NCBI GenBank assembly: GCA_963719315.1
Contig: CAVRBU010000003.1
Location: 320,001-384,000, forward strand
Reading direction: 5' to 3'
Source: an uncultured Planctomycetota bacterium
GTDB taxonomy: Bacteria > Planctomycetota > Planctomycetia > Pirellulales > Lacipirellulaceae
Length of the DNA stretch: 64,000 bases
Below the pieces are notes generated by a model. That model worked only from the letters and a program-made list of their open reading frames with translations, did no database searches and was not told the DNA's origin. A program made the translations under genes and the position numbers. Shown here one piece after another: positions 32,059 to 42,549 of this stretch (the stretch's first letter is position 1; each line of letters starts with the position of its first letter).

Positions 32059-33168
32059 TCAGGACGCCTCGCGAATCGCATCCGAGCCTGCGCTGGGCTG
32101 CGCTTTAAGCAGCGGCAAACGCACGACGAATTCGCTGCCCCGGTCCGGTCCATCGCTGATAGCCGCGATGGTTCCGCCATGCAGCTCGACGAGCGTGCGG
32201 ACAAGCGCCAATCCCACGCCGAGGCCGGAACCAGAGGTTTCCAACGACCGTTCGACCTGGGTGTGCAGGTCAAAGATTCGGCTGAGCAGTTCCTTCGGGA
32301 TGCCCTGCCCATCGTCGCGGATTCGGAATACGGCGTAATCATTTTCGGACGAGACGTGCAGCTCGATTTTTCCACCGCGGGAAGTGTAACGGGCCGCGTT
32401 TCGCAGCAGATTGGTCAGCACTTGCTGCAAGCGGAGCGGATCGCCCCACAGGATCAAGTTTTCGGCCGGCCGCTCGACGATCAATTCATGATCGCGTTCC
32501 TCAATCAAGCGTCGTACTTTAGGAAGCGCCTCGTCGACGATGGTCTCCACGCCAATCGGCTCGAATTCCAAGCGGAATTTTCCGCGCGAAACCCGCGAGA
32601 TATCCACTAGGTCATCGATCATCTGGTCGAGCTGCTGCACCTGGCGATCGATGACGACGGATCGCTGTGGGTCGAATTGCGCGCCGCCGCGTTGTTCGGC
32701 CACGTTCGTGTAATGAATGATAGCCAGCGGATTACGCAGTTCGTGCGCGAGGATTGCCAGGAAGTCGTCCTTCTGCTGCTCTGCGGCACGGGCCCGGGCC
32801 ATCGACTTCAACGAAATCTCGCACAGTACGCCGATCAGCAAACTCACGGAGAGAAAGATAACCAGGGCACACAATTGCTCCGCATTATCGATCATCCAAT
32901 GACCGCGAGGATCGGAGAATAGATAGTTGGCCAGGATGCCGCTTAGAATAGCCGTGATCATGGCCGGGCGAATTCCGCCCGACCAGGCAGCCACCGAAAC
33001 GGCCAGGAAATAGATCGAGAAGATCATGTGCTCGCCAAGCACGGGATCGAGGGCGAAGCGGATCGCCGTGGCCAAACCCACTCCCAGAAGGGCGGCGGCG
33101 TAAACGACGAGGTTCCGTCGGGGAAGTTTCATGGGCGCTTTTTCGTGCCCCGGCGAATTGGTGCTCAC
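32059..33168 (-). CDS. Sensor histidine kinase with DUF4118-like membrane domain
   Basis: 4 TM segments, HELRNPL, NLLRNA, DDGQG, GLGVGL. Confidence 0.92.
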   Translation of the reverse strand: MSTNSPGHEKAPMKLPRRNLVVYAAALLGVGLATAIRFALDPVLGEHMIFSIYFLAVSVAAWSGGIRPAMITAILSGILANYLFSDPRGHWMIDNAEQLCALVIFLSVSLLIGVLCEISLKSMARARAAEQQKDDFLAILAHELRNPLAIIHYTNVAEQRGGAQFDPQRSVVIDRQVQQLDQMIDDLVDISRVSRGKFRLEFEPIGVETIVDEALPKVRRLIEERDHELIVERPAENLILWGDPLRLQQVLTNLLRNAARYTSRGGKIELHVSSENDYAVFRIRDDGQGIPKELLSRIFDLHTQVERSLETSGSGLGVGLALVRTLVELHGGTIAAISDGPDRGSEFVVRLPLLKAQPSAGSDAIREAS

Positions 33169-34298
33169 ACCTTCGCAAGTTCGGAGCGGGTAGCGGCCGG
33201 TTGCTCCAGTGGCAGCGAGACGATGAATTCGCTGCCGCGGTTTTTGCCGCCGCTGGTGGCCCTCAACGAGCCGCCGTGCATTTCAGCAATTTTGCGAGCG
33301 AGCGCCAACCCTATGCCCAGGCCGCCTTCCCCGCGATCGAGGGCCGTATCGGCCTGGAAGAACATCTCGAACACGCGGGGCAGCATTTCCGGGCCGATTC
33401 CGATGCCGTTGTCGCGAACCTCTAGAAGGACGGAGTCTCCCGCGGCCTCGGCGCGAACTTCGATATTGCCGCCATCGGGCGTGTACTTGGCCGCGTTGGC
33501 CAGCAGATTCCCCAAGAGCTGTTCCATGCGAACCGGATCGACGAAAAGCGCAATCGGCCGTGGCGGTATCTGAACCTTGAGCACATGCTTGTGCTTTTCG
33601 ATGAGTGGCCGCGCCCGTTCAACGGCCCCCGCCACGATCGCAGACAGTTCGACATGCTTCCGGTTCAACTTGATTTTCCCGCGAGCCACGCGCGATACGT
33701 CCAGCAGCTCTTCGATCATCAAATTGAGATGGTGCACTTGCCGATCGATGACATCCAATTGGTCGCTCGGTTGCTCACTCCCAGCGAGACGATTCAACGT
33801 GTTCGCATAATAAATCACGGAAAGGGGGCTGCGCATTTCATGAGCCACGGCGGCCATGAAATTATCCTTTTCCCGCTCGGCCTGCTTCGTGCGGATCATG
33901 GCCCGCAATGAAATCTCCGACAAGGCTCCGATGATCAAGCTGACCACGACGAAGAAAGACAGGTCGAGAAATTCCTCGACGCTGCTGATTTCCAACGACT
34001 GGTAAGGGTCGGTGAATAGGTAATTGCCGATTAGCGCGCTGAGAACTGCCGTCGCTGCTGCCGGCCACATGCCACCTGTCCAAGCGGCTACGAAGACAGC
34101 CAGGAAGTCGAAACTGAAGCTCAGATGCTCACCGAGGACCGGGTGAAATAAGTATCGCAACAGCGTCGCCACGATGACGCCGACGAAACCGACTAAGTAC
34201 GGCGTAATGCCGCGGGAACGGAAAGGCGCGAGCATGAGGGGCTCCTTTTCTTCCTCGCTGACTACCTCGGTCCAGCGAGGCTGCTTGGTAAGCGTCAC
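33165..34298 (-). CDS. Sensor histidine kinase with DUF4118-like membrane domain (paralog)
   Basis: 4 TM segments, HEMRSPL, NLLANA, DNGIG, GLGIGL. Confidence 0.92.
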   Translation of the reverse strand: MTLTKQPRWTEVVSEEEKEPLMLAPFRSRGITPYLVGFVGVIVATLLRYLFHPVLGEHLSFSFDFLAVFVAAWTGGMWPAAATAVLSALIGNYLFTDPYQSLEISSVEEFLDLSFFVVVSLIIGALSEISLRAMIRTKQAEREKDNFMAAVAHEMRSPLSVIYYANTLNRLAGSEQPSDQLDVIDRQVHHLNLMIEELLDVSRVARGKIKLNRKHVELSAIVAGAVERARPLIEKHKHVLKVQIPPRPIALFVDPVRMEQLLGNLLANAAKYTPDGGNIEVRAEAAGDSVLLEVRDNGIGIGPEMLPRVFEMFFQADTALDRGEGGLGIGLALARKIAEMHGGSLRATSGGKNRGSEFIVSLPLEQPAATRSELAKV

Positions 34299-34381
34299 CT
34301 GTTTTCTACGCTAAAAGGGCGATTGGGGGATGGCCAATACTGCCCAAAATATTCCAAAAGATTCGGCCGAAGCTGCTAAAT

Positions 34382-34462
34382 GGGGTGGCTGGGGTGGAGT
34401 CCGCCGCGGCGGACAACCCCCCAGCGCCATTGGGGGCTCGCTGCGCTCGACCCCAGGCACCC
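34382..34462. repeat. Family F palindrome pair
   Basis: ggggtggctgggg...gggggctcgctgcgctcgaccccaggcacc. Confidence 0.8.
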
Positions 34463-34520
34463 GCATTACTGGGGAGGGATCGATTGCGGCTCGATTTCAG
34501 CCACCCAAATCTGGGGGGAT

Positions 34521-35798
34521 TTAACGGGGGATCGATTCAGCCGCGATCAGGTCATCCAGCGTTTGCCGGCGGCGCACCAGGTTGGCCCGGCCGTTCTCGA
34601 TGAGCACTTCGGCCACGAGCGGCTTGGAGTTGTAGTTGCTGGCCATGGCGTAGCCGTAGGCCCCGGTGCAGCCGATGATCAGGAAATCACCCACTTTGGC
34701 CGCGGGCAGGGGCCGGCTGGTGACGAACCCGCCCTCCTCTTGCGTAAAAATATCGCCCGATTCGCATAGCGGCCCACCGACGACGACGTTCTTCGTCGGC
34801 CGCGGTGCGGTGGAGCCGTCCGCCGGGCAGATCGCCATGGGGTGGTACGCGCCGTACAAAATCGGCCGGGCCAAGTTGTTGAAGCCCGCGTCGAGCAAAT
34901 AGAACGTGTTGTCGCCCGCCGTTTTGATCGCCCGAATCTCGCTGATGAGATATCCGCTCTCGGCCACCAGGAACCGGCCCGGCTCGATCTCCAGCGTAAT
35001 TTCGTGGCCGAATTGGTTCGCCAACTCGTGCCGCGCGGCGTCCCACAGTTTGAAGTAAGCGGCCAGGTCCACGTACTCCTGCCCTTCGCGATAGGGCACC
35101 GGCAGGCCGCCGCCGGCGCTGATCGACTGGATTGATGAACCGATGATGAGTGCAGCCCTCTGCATCGCTCCGCATACTTCGCTCAAGTGCGCCAGATCGG
35201 TTCCGGAACCGATGTGCATGTGAAGCCCGATGATCGACAGGTTCCACTTTTCGGCGCGTTCGATGCACTCTTCGAGTTGTTCGTGCCAAATACCGTGCTT
35301 CGACTGGGCGCCGCCGGTGTTCACCTTCTGACTGTGGCCGTGACCGAAGCCCGGGTTGATTCGCAGCGTGATGCCGCGGCCCGGCATCCGTTCGCCGTAT
35401 TGGTCGATCATATCGGGCGAACCGCAGTTCACATGGATATCATGCTTGACGATCATCTCGAGCGCCTCACTGTCGAAGATGTCGGCCGTGTACACGATCT
35501 CCGTCGGGTGCGTGGATTGGCCCGGCTTGAATCCGGCCGCGATTGCGCGGTGCACTTCGCCGGCGCTCACCGCATCGACCAGGACGCCATGGCGGCGCAC
35601 GAGGTCAAGAATGGCCAAGTTCGAGCAAGCCTTTTGGGCGAACCGGGCGACGTCGAACTCAGCCAGGTCGGCAATTCGCTGGCAGATGGTCGCCGCGTCG
35701 TACACGTAGGCGGGCGTGCCGAACTGTCGCGCCAATTGGGGAACAGGTTGCCCGGCAATTTCGCTGAGGAGTCCGGTATTCAACATCGTGGCCGTCAT
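34521..35798 (-). CDS. lysA: Diaminopimelate decarboxylase
   Basis: FAQKACSN, HMHIGSG, EPGR, GPLCESGD, GAYG...SNYN. Confidence 0.96.
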   Translation of the reverse strand: MTATMLNTGLLSEIAGQPVPQLARQFGTPAYVYDAATICQRIADLAEFDVARFAQKACSNLAILDLVRRHGVLVDAVSAGEVHRAIAAGFKPGQSTHPTEIVYTADIFDSEALEMIVKHDIHVNCGSPDMIDQYGERMPGRGITLRINPGFGHGHSQKVNTGGAQSKHGIWHEQLEECIERAEKWNLSIIGLHMHIGSGTDLAHLSEVCGAMQRAALIIGSSIQSISAGGGLPVPYREGQEYVDLAAYFKLWDAARHELANQFGHEITLEIEPGRFLVAESGYLISEIRAIKTAGDNTFYLLDAGFNNLARPILYGAYHPMAICPADGSTAPRPTKNVVVGGPLCESGDIFTQEEGGFVTSRPLPAAKVGDFLIIGCTGAYGYAMASNYNSKPLVAEVLIENGRANLVRRRQTLDDLIAAESIPR

Positions 35799-35974
35799 GT
35801 TTTGCTCACTAGCGGGTTACTCCGGTCAACTTGGCCGGGCTAGGTCCACGCAACAAAGTGCCGCGTTGAAGGGCGGCCGGATGCGTAGAATTGATTGAAG
35901 AGTCCGTTATCGCAGGTCGGGTTCGCATTGTAAAAGGGCGGCCCGGCCGCGAGCATTGAAGAAAGGGTTTTACA

Positions 35975-36178
35975 ATGAACTCCGCATCCAATGGTTTGCG
36001 CGTCGCGTGCGCGGTTTTCGGCCTCGTGTGCCTGCTACAATTGGCCCGGCTGCTGGCAGGCGCCGAAGTCACGGTGGACGGCCACATGGTGCCGCTGTGG
36101 GCCAGCGGCGTGGCGTGCCTCATCGCGGGAGCGCTCAGCGCCTGGATGGGCAGGCTATCTTACCGTGGCACGAAATAA
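35975..36178 (+). CDS. Small two-TM membrane protein
   Basis: 67 aa, two hydrophobic segments. Confidence 0.6.
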   Translation: MNSASNGLRVACAVFGLVCLLQLARLLAGAEVTVDGHMVPLWASGVACLIAGALSAWMGRLSYRGTK

Positions 36179-36246
36179 CGGAGTCGACTAAGATACGCCG
36201 CGCCATCCGAACCGTCGATCACCGTCCCTAGAGAAGGAGCTCTTCG

Positions 36247-36396
36247 ATGAAACTCGCGTCCAACACGGGCATGCTGGTGCTCGGCATTTGGCTCGTAGCG
36301 TTCGGCGCCGCGCCGTTGTTGCATATCGCGATACCAAGAGAAATTCTGGACGTCCTCGCGATCGCTGCCGGCGTTCTGATCTTGATGAACAAATGA
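36247..36396 (+). CDS. 49-aa two-TM microprotein (not in the ORF track)
   Basis: AAGGAG RBS; MKLASNTGMLVLGIWLVAFGAAPLLHIAIPREILDVLAIAAGVLILMNK. Confidence 0.7.
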   Translation: MKLASNTGMLVLGIWLVAFGAAPLLHIAIPREILDVLAIAAGVLILMNK

Positions 36397-36451
36397 GTGT
36401 AGTCGCTCGCTCCGCGAGCGGAATTCGGCTCGCGGAGCGAGCCGTCTACAC
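36397..36451. repeat. GTAG REP family A between convergent genes
   Basis: gtgtagtcgctcgctccgcgagc...gctcgcggagcgagccgtctacac. Confidence 0.88.
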
Positions 36452-36452
36452 C

Positions 36453-38210
36453 TTACTCATTCGCTTGCATCCGTTGTTGCTGCGCTGCCATGGCGGCCTG
36501 GCCGATTGCTTTCAGGACGCCTTCTTCCGCTTCGATGTGGTACTTCAAACCGTTGGGCACCATTTCGCCGGCGACTCGAATGTGGTCGCGACCCTGGCCT
36601 TCTTTGTGAAGATACTCAAGGATCTTTTGCGAGATGGCTTTCGCCTTCGCATCGTCGCCCGCTTGAGCCGCGGCGACTTCAACGATCGGCGTGAGCGATA
36701 TCGACAAGTTAAACGGCGGAACCGACTTCCCCTTGCTCGCGGCCGAGTCGTCGATCGCCTTCGTCACGGCTTCCAGATTGTTCTTGCCCACGGCCAGGTA
36801 CGCCGTCTCCGGGCCGAGGCCGATCGCCACGTCCATCTTTTCGCCCAGCATTTGCCGCGGGGCCTTTTCGGTTTCCGGCACGGGAATCGTAATCGTATGG
36901 AAGGCTACGCCGGCATGGTTCGCGGCATTCCATTTGATGCCGGGGAAATTGGGGTCCTTCTTGGCCGCCGCTTCGAGCTTCTTGAAGCCGCTTTCGACTT
37001 TGGCGGTGTCTTTGACGTGCACGCCGGACACAAACGTGAGCGAGTCGGCGCCTGCGTGGAGCGCGGCGCCGCCGTCGATCTGGCCCGTCTTGAGGGTCTC
37101 GGCAACGGCATCGAACCAATCGCTGAATGCGGCTTTGAGTGCGTCGCGGGTATCCTCATCATCAACCTTTTTGTCGATCTCGGCGTTCACCTGGTCCTTG
37201 GTGGAATTCAAGGTCGCATCCATCTGGGCCATGTCTTCGGCCAGCAATTTGGGATCGGCTTGCGTGGCGATCGTCACCGTCGCGGCGGCTTCCGGCTGAA
37301 AGAAGCCGGCGAAATTAGTTTTCGGCTGGCCGTAGGCAGTCATCTGCTTGGCCATTTTGCTGCCTGGCACGAACACGTACGTGAAATCTGCGAACGTGCG
37401 TTGCTGCTTGGCATCGACCGCCCAGCCGATCTTTACGTTGTCGATCTCGTTGATCGCCTGTTTCGCCTGCGCCATCTGCGCTTCGGCCAGCTTCTGGCGC
37501 TGGGCGTATTGCTCATCGCTCTCGCTGTCTTTTTTCTTCAATCCCTGCTGCATGCCCGCCTCCATCGCCTGCAGCGCGAATTGGCGATATATCTCCGGCA
37601 CGTTTCGCACCGAGATGTGGGCCGCGATGTCATAACCGCCTACCAGCTTCGCCAGGATTTCTTGAGCGTTGGTTGGTACTCGCGCGAGCGAAGCCGCCGA
37701 CATGCTGATGAAGGCCATGCCGTTATCTTGCTTCACGAAGATGGACCGCTTGTTCGGCAGCACGATCTCCTGCACACCACCCTCGGCCTCTTTGACCTCG
37801 GCCCCATAACCCTTGGCCACATCCAGCAAGTCATTTGGCTTGAGGACCGGCAGGCAACCGACGGGCAGAAACTGTGCGCCGTCGGTTTGCACGATCACGC
37901 CCCAGGGCTTTTGCTTGTCGATTGCGTTGGGGCCTTTGCCTTGCGTGAAAAACGAAAAGCCGCCTTCGAGCATTTGGCCGGCTTCCGGCTTCCCGCCCAG
38001 TGAGCCGAGGTATGTGACATCCTCGATCAGCTTTTCCCATTTCGCGCCGGCAAGGACGGCGACGTTCTTCAGTTCGCCACTGGCCGCCGGAACTGCGGGC
38101 TCGTCGCTCGAACTAGTTTGTGCAAAAAGTGATGGCCTCGCATTAACAACGAGCACGGCCGCCAAAACGAATACAAGCCACGAGCAACGACGACAGAATC
38201 CAGTGTTCAC
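36453..38210 (-). CDS. Exported hypothetical protein
   Basis: GTG start with GGAGG, signal peptide, 585 aa. Confidence 0.8.
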   Translation of the reverse strand: MNTGFCRRCSWLVFVLAAVLVVNARPSLFAQTSSSDEPAVPAASGELKNVAVLAGAKWEKLIEDVTYLGSLGGKPEAGQMLEGGFSFFTQGKGPNAIDKQKPWGVIVQTDGAQFLPVGCLPVLKPNDLLDVAKGYGAEVKEAEGGVQEIVLPNKRSIFVKQDNGMAFISMSAASLARVPTNAQEILAKLVGGYDIAAHISVRNVPEIYRQFALQAMEAGMQQGLKKKDSESDEQYAQRQKLAEAQMAQAKQAINEIDNVKIGWAVDAKQQRTFADFTYVFVPGSKMAKQMTAYGQPKTNFAGFFQPEAAATVTIATQADPKLLAEDMAQMDATLNSTKDQVNAEIDKKVDDEDTRDALKAAFSDWFDAVAETLKTGQIDGGAALHAGADSLTFVSGVHVKDTAKVESGFKKLEAAAKKDPNFPGIKWNAANHAGVAFHTITIPVPETEKAPRQMLGEKMDVAIGLGPETAYLAVGKNNLEAVTKAIDDSAASKGKSVPPFNLSISLTPIVEVAAAQAGDDAKAKAISQKILEYLHKEGQGRDHIRVAGEMVPNGLKYHIEAEEGVLKAIGQAAMAAQQQRMQANE

Positions 38211-38298
38211 GATTTCCTCCGGTCGAGGTGGGGTGAGATTTGCAAAGGGGGATTGGGCGGAACGGAATCGCAACTAAATGCTTCACACAAAATGAATC

Positions 38299-38380
38299 AA
38301 ACCGCCAAGTACGCCAAGGTCGCCAAGAATACACAATGCTGCTCTCTGCCTTTCTTGGCGTCCTTGGCCGCTTGGCGGTT
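38299..38380. repeat. Inverted 9-mer arrays (CGCCAAGNN)
   Basis: aaccgccaagtacgccaaggtcgccaag...cttggcgtccttggccgcttggcggtt. Confidence 0.8.
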
Positions 38381-38674
38381 CAAATTGTTAGAATCTGTAA
38401 GCATGTACCGTTTCGTTGCGGTTGCGCGGGTTCGATTTTCCCGCCGCCGACAGGTCTCCAAGTATACAAGACGAAACCTATGCCTGTGTTCGAGAAAGTA
38501 GCGATTTTCTTGCCTCAAGGGGGCAAAAACTTGGAGCCCAGAACACAACGAACCAAAAAACTCCCCTTAGCGGCTGCCCCCAGGCAGCTGCGATCAGAAC
38601 CAGGCCGCCCCGCCAAGGCGCTCCAAACGCCCGTGAAAAAGAAGTCCTACGACTCCTGTTATGAAATGGAACGC

Positions 38675-38899
38675 TTAGCGTTCCCGGTAGACAATGCGAC
38701 CTTTCGTCAGGTCGTAGGGCGAAAGCTCAACCCGTACCCGGTCGCCCGGCACGATCCGAATAAAGTGCTTGCGCATGCGTCCGGCGACGTGGGCCATGAC
38801 GATGTGTCCACCTTCGATTTCAACGCGGAAGCGCGTATTGGCCAGGGCCTGGGTCACGGTGCCCTCAACCTCCAGCGCTTCTTCCTTCTGTTTTGTCAT
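38675..38899 (-). CDS. infA: Translation initiation factor IF-1
   Basis: [33 protein letters not shown]. Confidence 0.97.
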   Translation of the reverse strand: MTKQKEEALEVEGTVTQALANTRFRVEIEGGHIVMAHVAGRMRKHFIRIVPGDRVRVELSPYDLTKGRIVYRER

Positions 38900-39230
38900 A
38901 CAAATTCCAACCGAAAGACATTTGCCCCCACCAGCGGTATCTAGCGGCGATCAACAAAAACGTCGCCCTCAATACCGCCTTAATCCTATAATCCTAGCAT
39001 CACCTCCGCGACCGGGTCTAGCGTGAATGCCAGATTCCGGGCATTTCTGCGGGCGGCCTTGCCAGCGGTAGACCTCAGCGGTTGTAGCGATAAAGCGGGC
39101 CGCTTATTCGTCCCAGCATCCTTTTCAACTCGCCGAATTATCCGGCGAACTCGACGACAGGTATCTGTCGGTTATCTCCTTTACGGTACAGTTAATTGTT
39201 AACGGCCCCCCGATCGGTATTCGGGCCCCA

Positions 39231-41360
39231 ATGTCGGCTTTCACCCCCGGACTCCGCAGCGTGAGCACTTCCGAATACTCTTCTCAGGTTTCGAGCAGCG
39301 AACGCTCCGGTTCCGTGGATGCGGAACAGGTCGAGCGCGCCAAGCGCGAAATCCAGGGGCTGGTGCAAGAGATCGCCGAGCTCTCGCGAACCGAAATCTC
39401 GCCCGCCGATTTCTACAACGCCATGTTGAACAAGGTCGTCTCGGCTCTCGCGGCGCCGGGCGGCGCGGTCTGGACGGCCTCTGAAGTGGGTGGCCTGCAA
39501 TTGGCTTACCAGATCAACCTGCAGCAAACCGGGCTCATCGAAAACGAGGTCGGCCAACATCAGCACGGCCGGCTGCTGCGACAAGTTTTGCTGGGTACTG
39601 ATGGTGCATTGATAGCTCCCCACTCCGGCGCCGGCGAAACGACCGACAGCGACGAACAGGCGGCCGCCAACCCGACCGACTTCCTGCTAGTCCTCGCGCC
39701 GATGCGGAACGATCAGGGGCCGCAGGGAGTGGTCGAAATTTTTCAGCGCCCTGGAGCGCGGATCACAACGCAGCGGGGTTACCTGCGCTTCCTGCTGCAG
39801 GTGTGCGAATTCGCCGGCGACTTCTTGAAGGCGGGCCGACTCCGCCATCTCTCCGAAAAACAAACGCTGTGGGAACAACTGGAGACTTTCACCCGCTCAG
39901 CCCACGAGAAACTCGATGTCCGCGAGACAGCTTATACGATCGTGAATGAAGGCCGTCGGCTCATTGGCTGCGACCGCGTGAGCGTCGCCATCCGCCGCGG
40001 CGGGCGCTGCCCGATCGAAGCCGTCAGCGGACAAGATACTTTTGACAAGCGTTCCAATGTGACCGTCATGCTAGGCAGGCTGGCGGCCGCGGTGGTGAAG
40101 ACGGGCGAAGACGTGTGGTTCACCGGAGATACGTCGGACTTAGCCCCGCAAGTCGAGGAGGCGCTGGATGCTTACGTCGACGAATCGCACACGAAGGCGA
40201 TCGCAATCCTGCCGCTGCTCGAGCCGCGCGATGATGAAGCGCTGCTTACCGAGGGCGAAAAGCCGGAACCGGCCCACGTCATCGGAGCGCTGATCGTCGA
40301 GCAAATGGCCGATAGCCGCACTCCGGATGGCTTTCTGCAGCGAGTCGAGGTGGTGCGCACGCACAGCGCGACGGCGCTCACCAATGCTTTGGAATACGAA
40401 GGCTTGTTCCTGATGCCGCTGTGGCGGTTGTTGGGAAAGGGCACCAAGCTGTTCCGCGGCCGCACGCTGCCGAAGACCCTTGCGGCGATCGCGGGTGCGA
40501 TTGCACTTGTTGGCTTCCTCTGCTTCTTTCCAAAGGAATTCAAGCTCGAAGGCGACGGCAAGCTGAAACCGAAGATCCACAATTATTTGTATGCCGAAGT
40601 CGATGGCGAGGTGCAGCAGGTGCTCGTCGAGCACAACGATCTGGTCAAGAAGGGCCAGGTACTAATCGTGCAGCGGAGCCTGGAACTGGAAAAGGAAATA
40701 GTTTCCAAAAACGGCGACCTGCGTAAGGACGAAGAAAAATTAAAGGGCACCCGCCGCGAGCTAGACGACAACGACGAGTTGACCACCGTGGAACGCAGTC
40801 AAAAGCAGCAAGAAGTCTCGCAATTGACGCAATCGGTGAAGAGCCTGCAAAAGCAGCTCGATTTGCTCAAGGTCAAACAAGAGAAGCTGCAGATCCGGAG
40901 CCCGATCGAGGGCCGGGTTGTCACTTGGAACGTGCGCGATCGGCTGCTCGATCGGCCCGTCAATCGCGGCGAGAACTTGCTCGAGGTGGCCGACCCCGAC
41001 AAGGATTGGGAGCTCGAGGTGCAGATGCCTGAGAAGCGGATGGGCCATCTGGCCAAAGCGGCCTCGCTCGCCCAAGGCAAGCTTCCCGTAACGTTTTTCC
41101 TGGCGACCAATCCAGCGCAACAGTTTCAAGGCAAAGTCGAAGAAGTGGAACGCAGCGCCGAGGTCCGCGGCGAAGACGGGAACACCGTGTTGATCCGCGT
41201 CTCGTTCGACCAGAAGGAACTGCGCGACGCCATCGCCGACCCAAAAATCGGCGCGAGCGCGACGGCCAAGGTCGAGTGCGGCAAACGCGCGATCGGCTAT
41301 GTATGGTTCCACGATTTAGTTGATTTCATTCGCGCCAAGATTTTGTTCCGCATTTTTTGA
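39231..41360 (+). CDS. GAF-domain / HlyD-type membrane fusion protein
   Basis: Two GAF-like segments (GVVEIFQR; IGCDRVSVA), TM, barrel-sandwich DGEVQQVLV...IRSPIEGRV, coiled coil. Confidence 0.8.
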   Translation: MSAFTPGLRSVSTSEYSSQVSSSERSGSVDAEQVERAKREIQGLVQEIAELSRTEISPADFYNAMLNKVVSALAAPGGAVWTASEVGGLQLAYQINLQQTGLIENEVGQHQHGRLLRQVLLGTDGALIAPHSGAGETTDSDEQAAANPTDFLLVLAPMRNDQGPQGVVEIFQRPGARITTQRGYLRFLLQVCEFAGDFLKAGRLRHLSEKQTLWEQLETFTRSAHEKLDVRETAYTIVNEGRRLIGCDRVSVAIRRGGRCPIEAVSGQDTFDKRSNVTVMLGRLAAAVVKTGEDVWFTGDTSDLAPQVEEALDAYVDESHTKAIAILPLLEPRDDEALLTEGEKPEPAHVIGALIVEQMADSRTPDGFLQRVEVVRTHSATALTNALEYEGLFLMPLWRLLGKGTKLFRGRTLPKTLAAIAGAIALVGFLCFFPKEFKLEGDGKLKPKIHNYLYAEVDGEVQQVLVEHNDLVKKGQVLIVQRSLELEKEIVSKNGDLRKDEEKLKGTRRELDDNDELTTVERSQKQQEVSQLTQSVKSLQKQLDLLKVKQEKLQIRSPIEGRVVTWNVRDRLLDRPVNRGENLLEVADPDKDWELEVQMPEKRMGHLAKAASLAQGKLPVTFFLATNPAQQFQGKVEEVERSAEVRGEDGNTVLIRVSFDQKELRDAIADPKIGASATAKVECGKRAIGYVWFHDLVDFIRAKILFRIF

Positions 41361-41378
41361 CGCACATGTATTTTGGGA

Positions 41379-41440
41379 ACACTGATCTACGCTAATCATC
41401 GCTAATCGGAGTTAGTGGAGATTAGCGATGATTAGTGTTC
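41379..41440. repeat. Inverted CTAATC-unit arrays
   Basis: aacactgatctacgctaatcatcgctaatc...gattagcgatgattagtgtt. Confidence 0.75.
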
Positions 41441-41501
41441 CGGCTAACACAAACCATTCGCAGTTATTGCTGTCGTGGACAAGCATGACGGAGTTAAACC
41501 A

Positions 41502-42436
41502 ATGAATAAATACTTGCCCATTACCGTTGCCCTGTTTTTTGCATTCGTTGCGCAAGTTGCGCCGACCAGGATTCGGCACAGCCGAGCGACCCCATCATTG
41601 CGGGGCTTGTAAAGGTATCGCAGGAAAACAAGCTGCCCTCCAAAGAGGCGGGTGTGTTAGTTGAATTGACCGTACGAGAGGGCGCTGCGGTCCACGCTGG
41701 CCAGGTGATCGGCAAGATCGACGACAGTGAACCGGTGATGAAGAAGAAGGCCGCCGGCGCTGCGTATGCCGGCGCCTACAATCGCTGGAAAGATGACGTC
41801 GAAATCCGGTTTTCCAAGGCCCAGGCAGACGTTGACCATGCGGATTACGAGCAAATGGTCGAAAGCAACAAGATCGCCCAGAAATCGATTACCGAAACAG
41901 AAGTCCGCGGCCAAAAGCTGAAATGGGACCGATCCTTGCTCGCGATTGAGAAAGCCAGTCACGATCAAATCCTTGCGAAATTCGAAGCGTACACCAAGCA
42001 AGCGGAGCTGGATGCGGCCGAACTGGAAATCCAACGCTGCCTGGTCATCGCGCCGTTTGACGGCGTCGTCGAAGAAATCAAACGCCACCAGGATGAATGG
42101 GTGCAGCCCGGCGAAACGATCCTCACGCTGTTGCGGATGGATACGTTGCACGTCGAAGGCGCCATCGAGCAAAGCAAGTACGATCCACACGAAATACAAG
42201 GCTGCGAGGTGACGGTCGACGTCGAAATGGCCCGCGGCCGCAAGGCCACTTTCCATGGCCGCATCATCAAGGTCAGCTCGATCGTGCGGTCGGACGGCGT
42301 GTACAACGTTCGCGCCGAAATCGCCAACCAACAGGATCACGGCAACTGGCTGCTCCGCGACGGCATGCCGGCCACGATGACGATTCACCTAGGCACCGGC
42401 GGAGCCGCAGCGGCAAGCGTCAGCCGCGCGAGATAG
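41502..42436 (+). CDS. HlyD/RND periplasmic adaptor; signal peptide offset by an apparent frameshift near 41540-41560
   Basis: RBS and MNKYLPITVALFF; GVLVELTVREG...IAPFDGVV. Confidence 0.8.
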
Positions 42437-42441
42437 CTAAT

Positions 42442-42533
42442 GGGTCGAGGGTCTAGGGTCGAGGGTTGAGGGCCAGAATAGGAACCCTTGCTCGTTTTTC
42501 TGACCCTAGACCCTCGACCCTCAACCCTCGACT
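42442..42533. repeat. Inverted GAGGGTC / GACCCTC heptamer arrays inside the operon
   Basis: gggtcgagggtctagggtcgagggttgaggg...ccctagaccctcgaccctcaaccctcgac. Confidence 0.85.
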
Positions 42534-42549
42534 TTCTTCGACCTTTCCC

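Noticed and set aside
38425..38444. tRNA-like GGTTCGA hairpin (also near 22186)
   Set aside because: No acceptor, D or anticodon arms could be built around it
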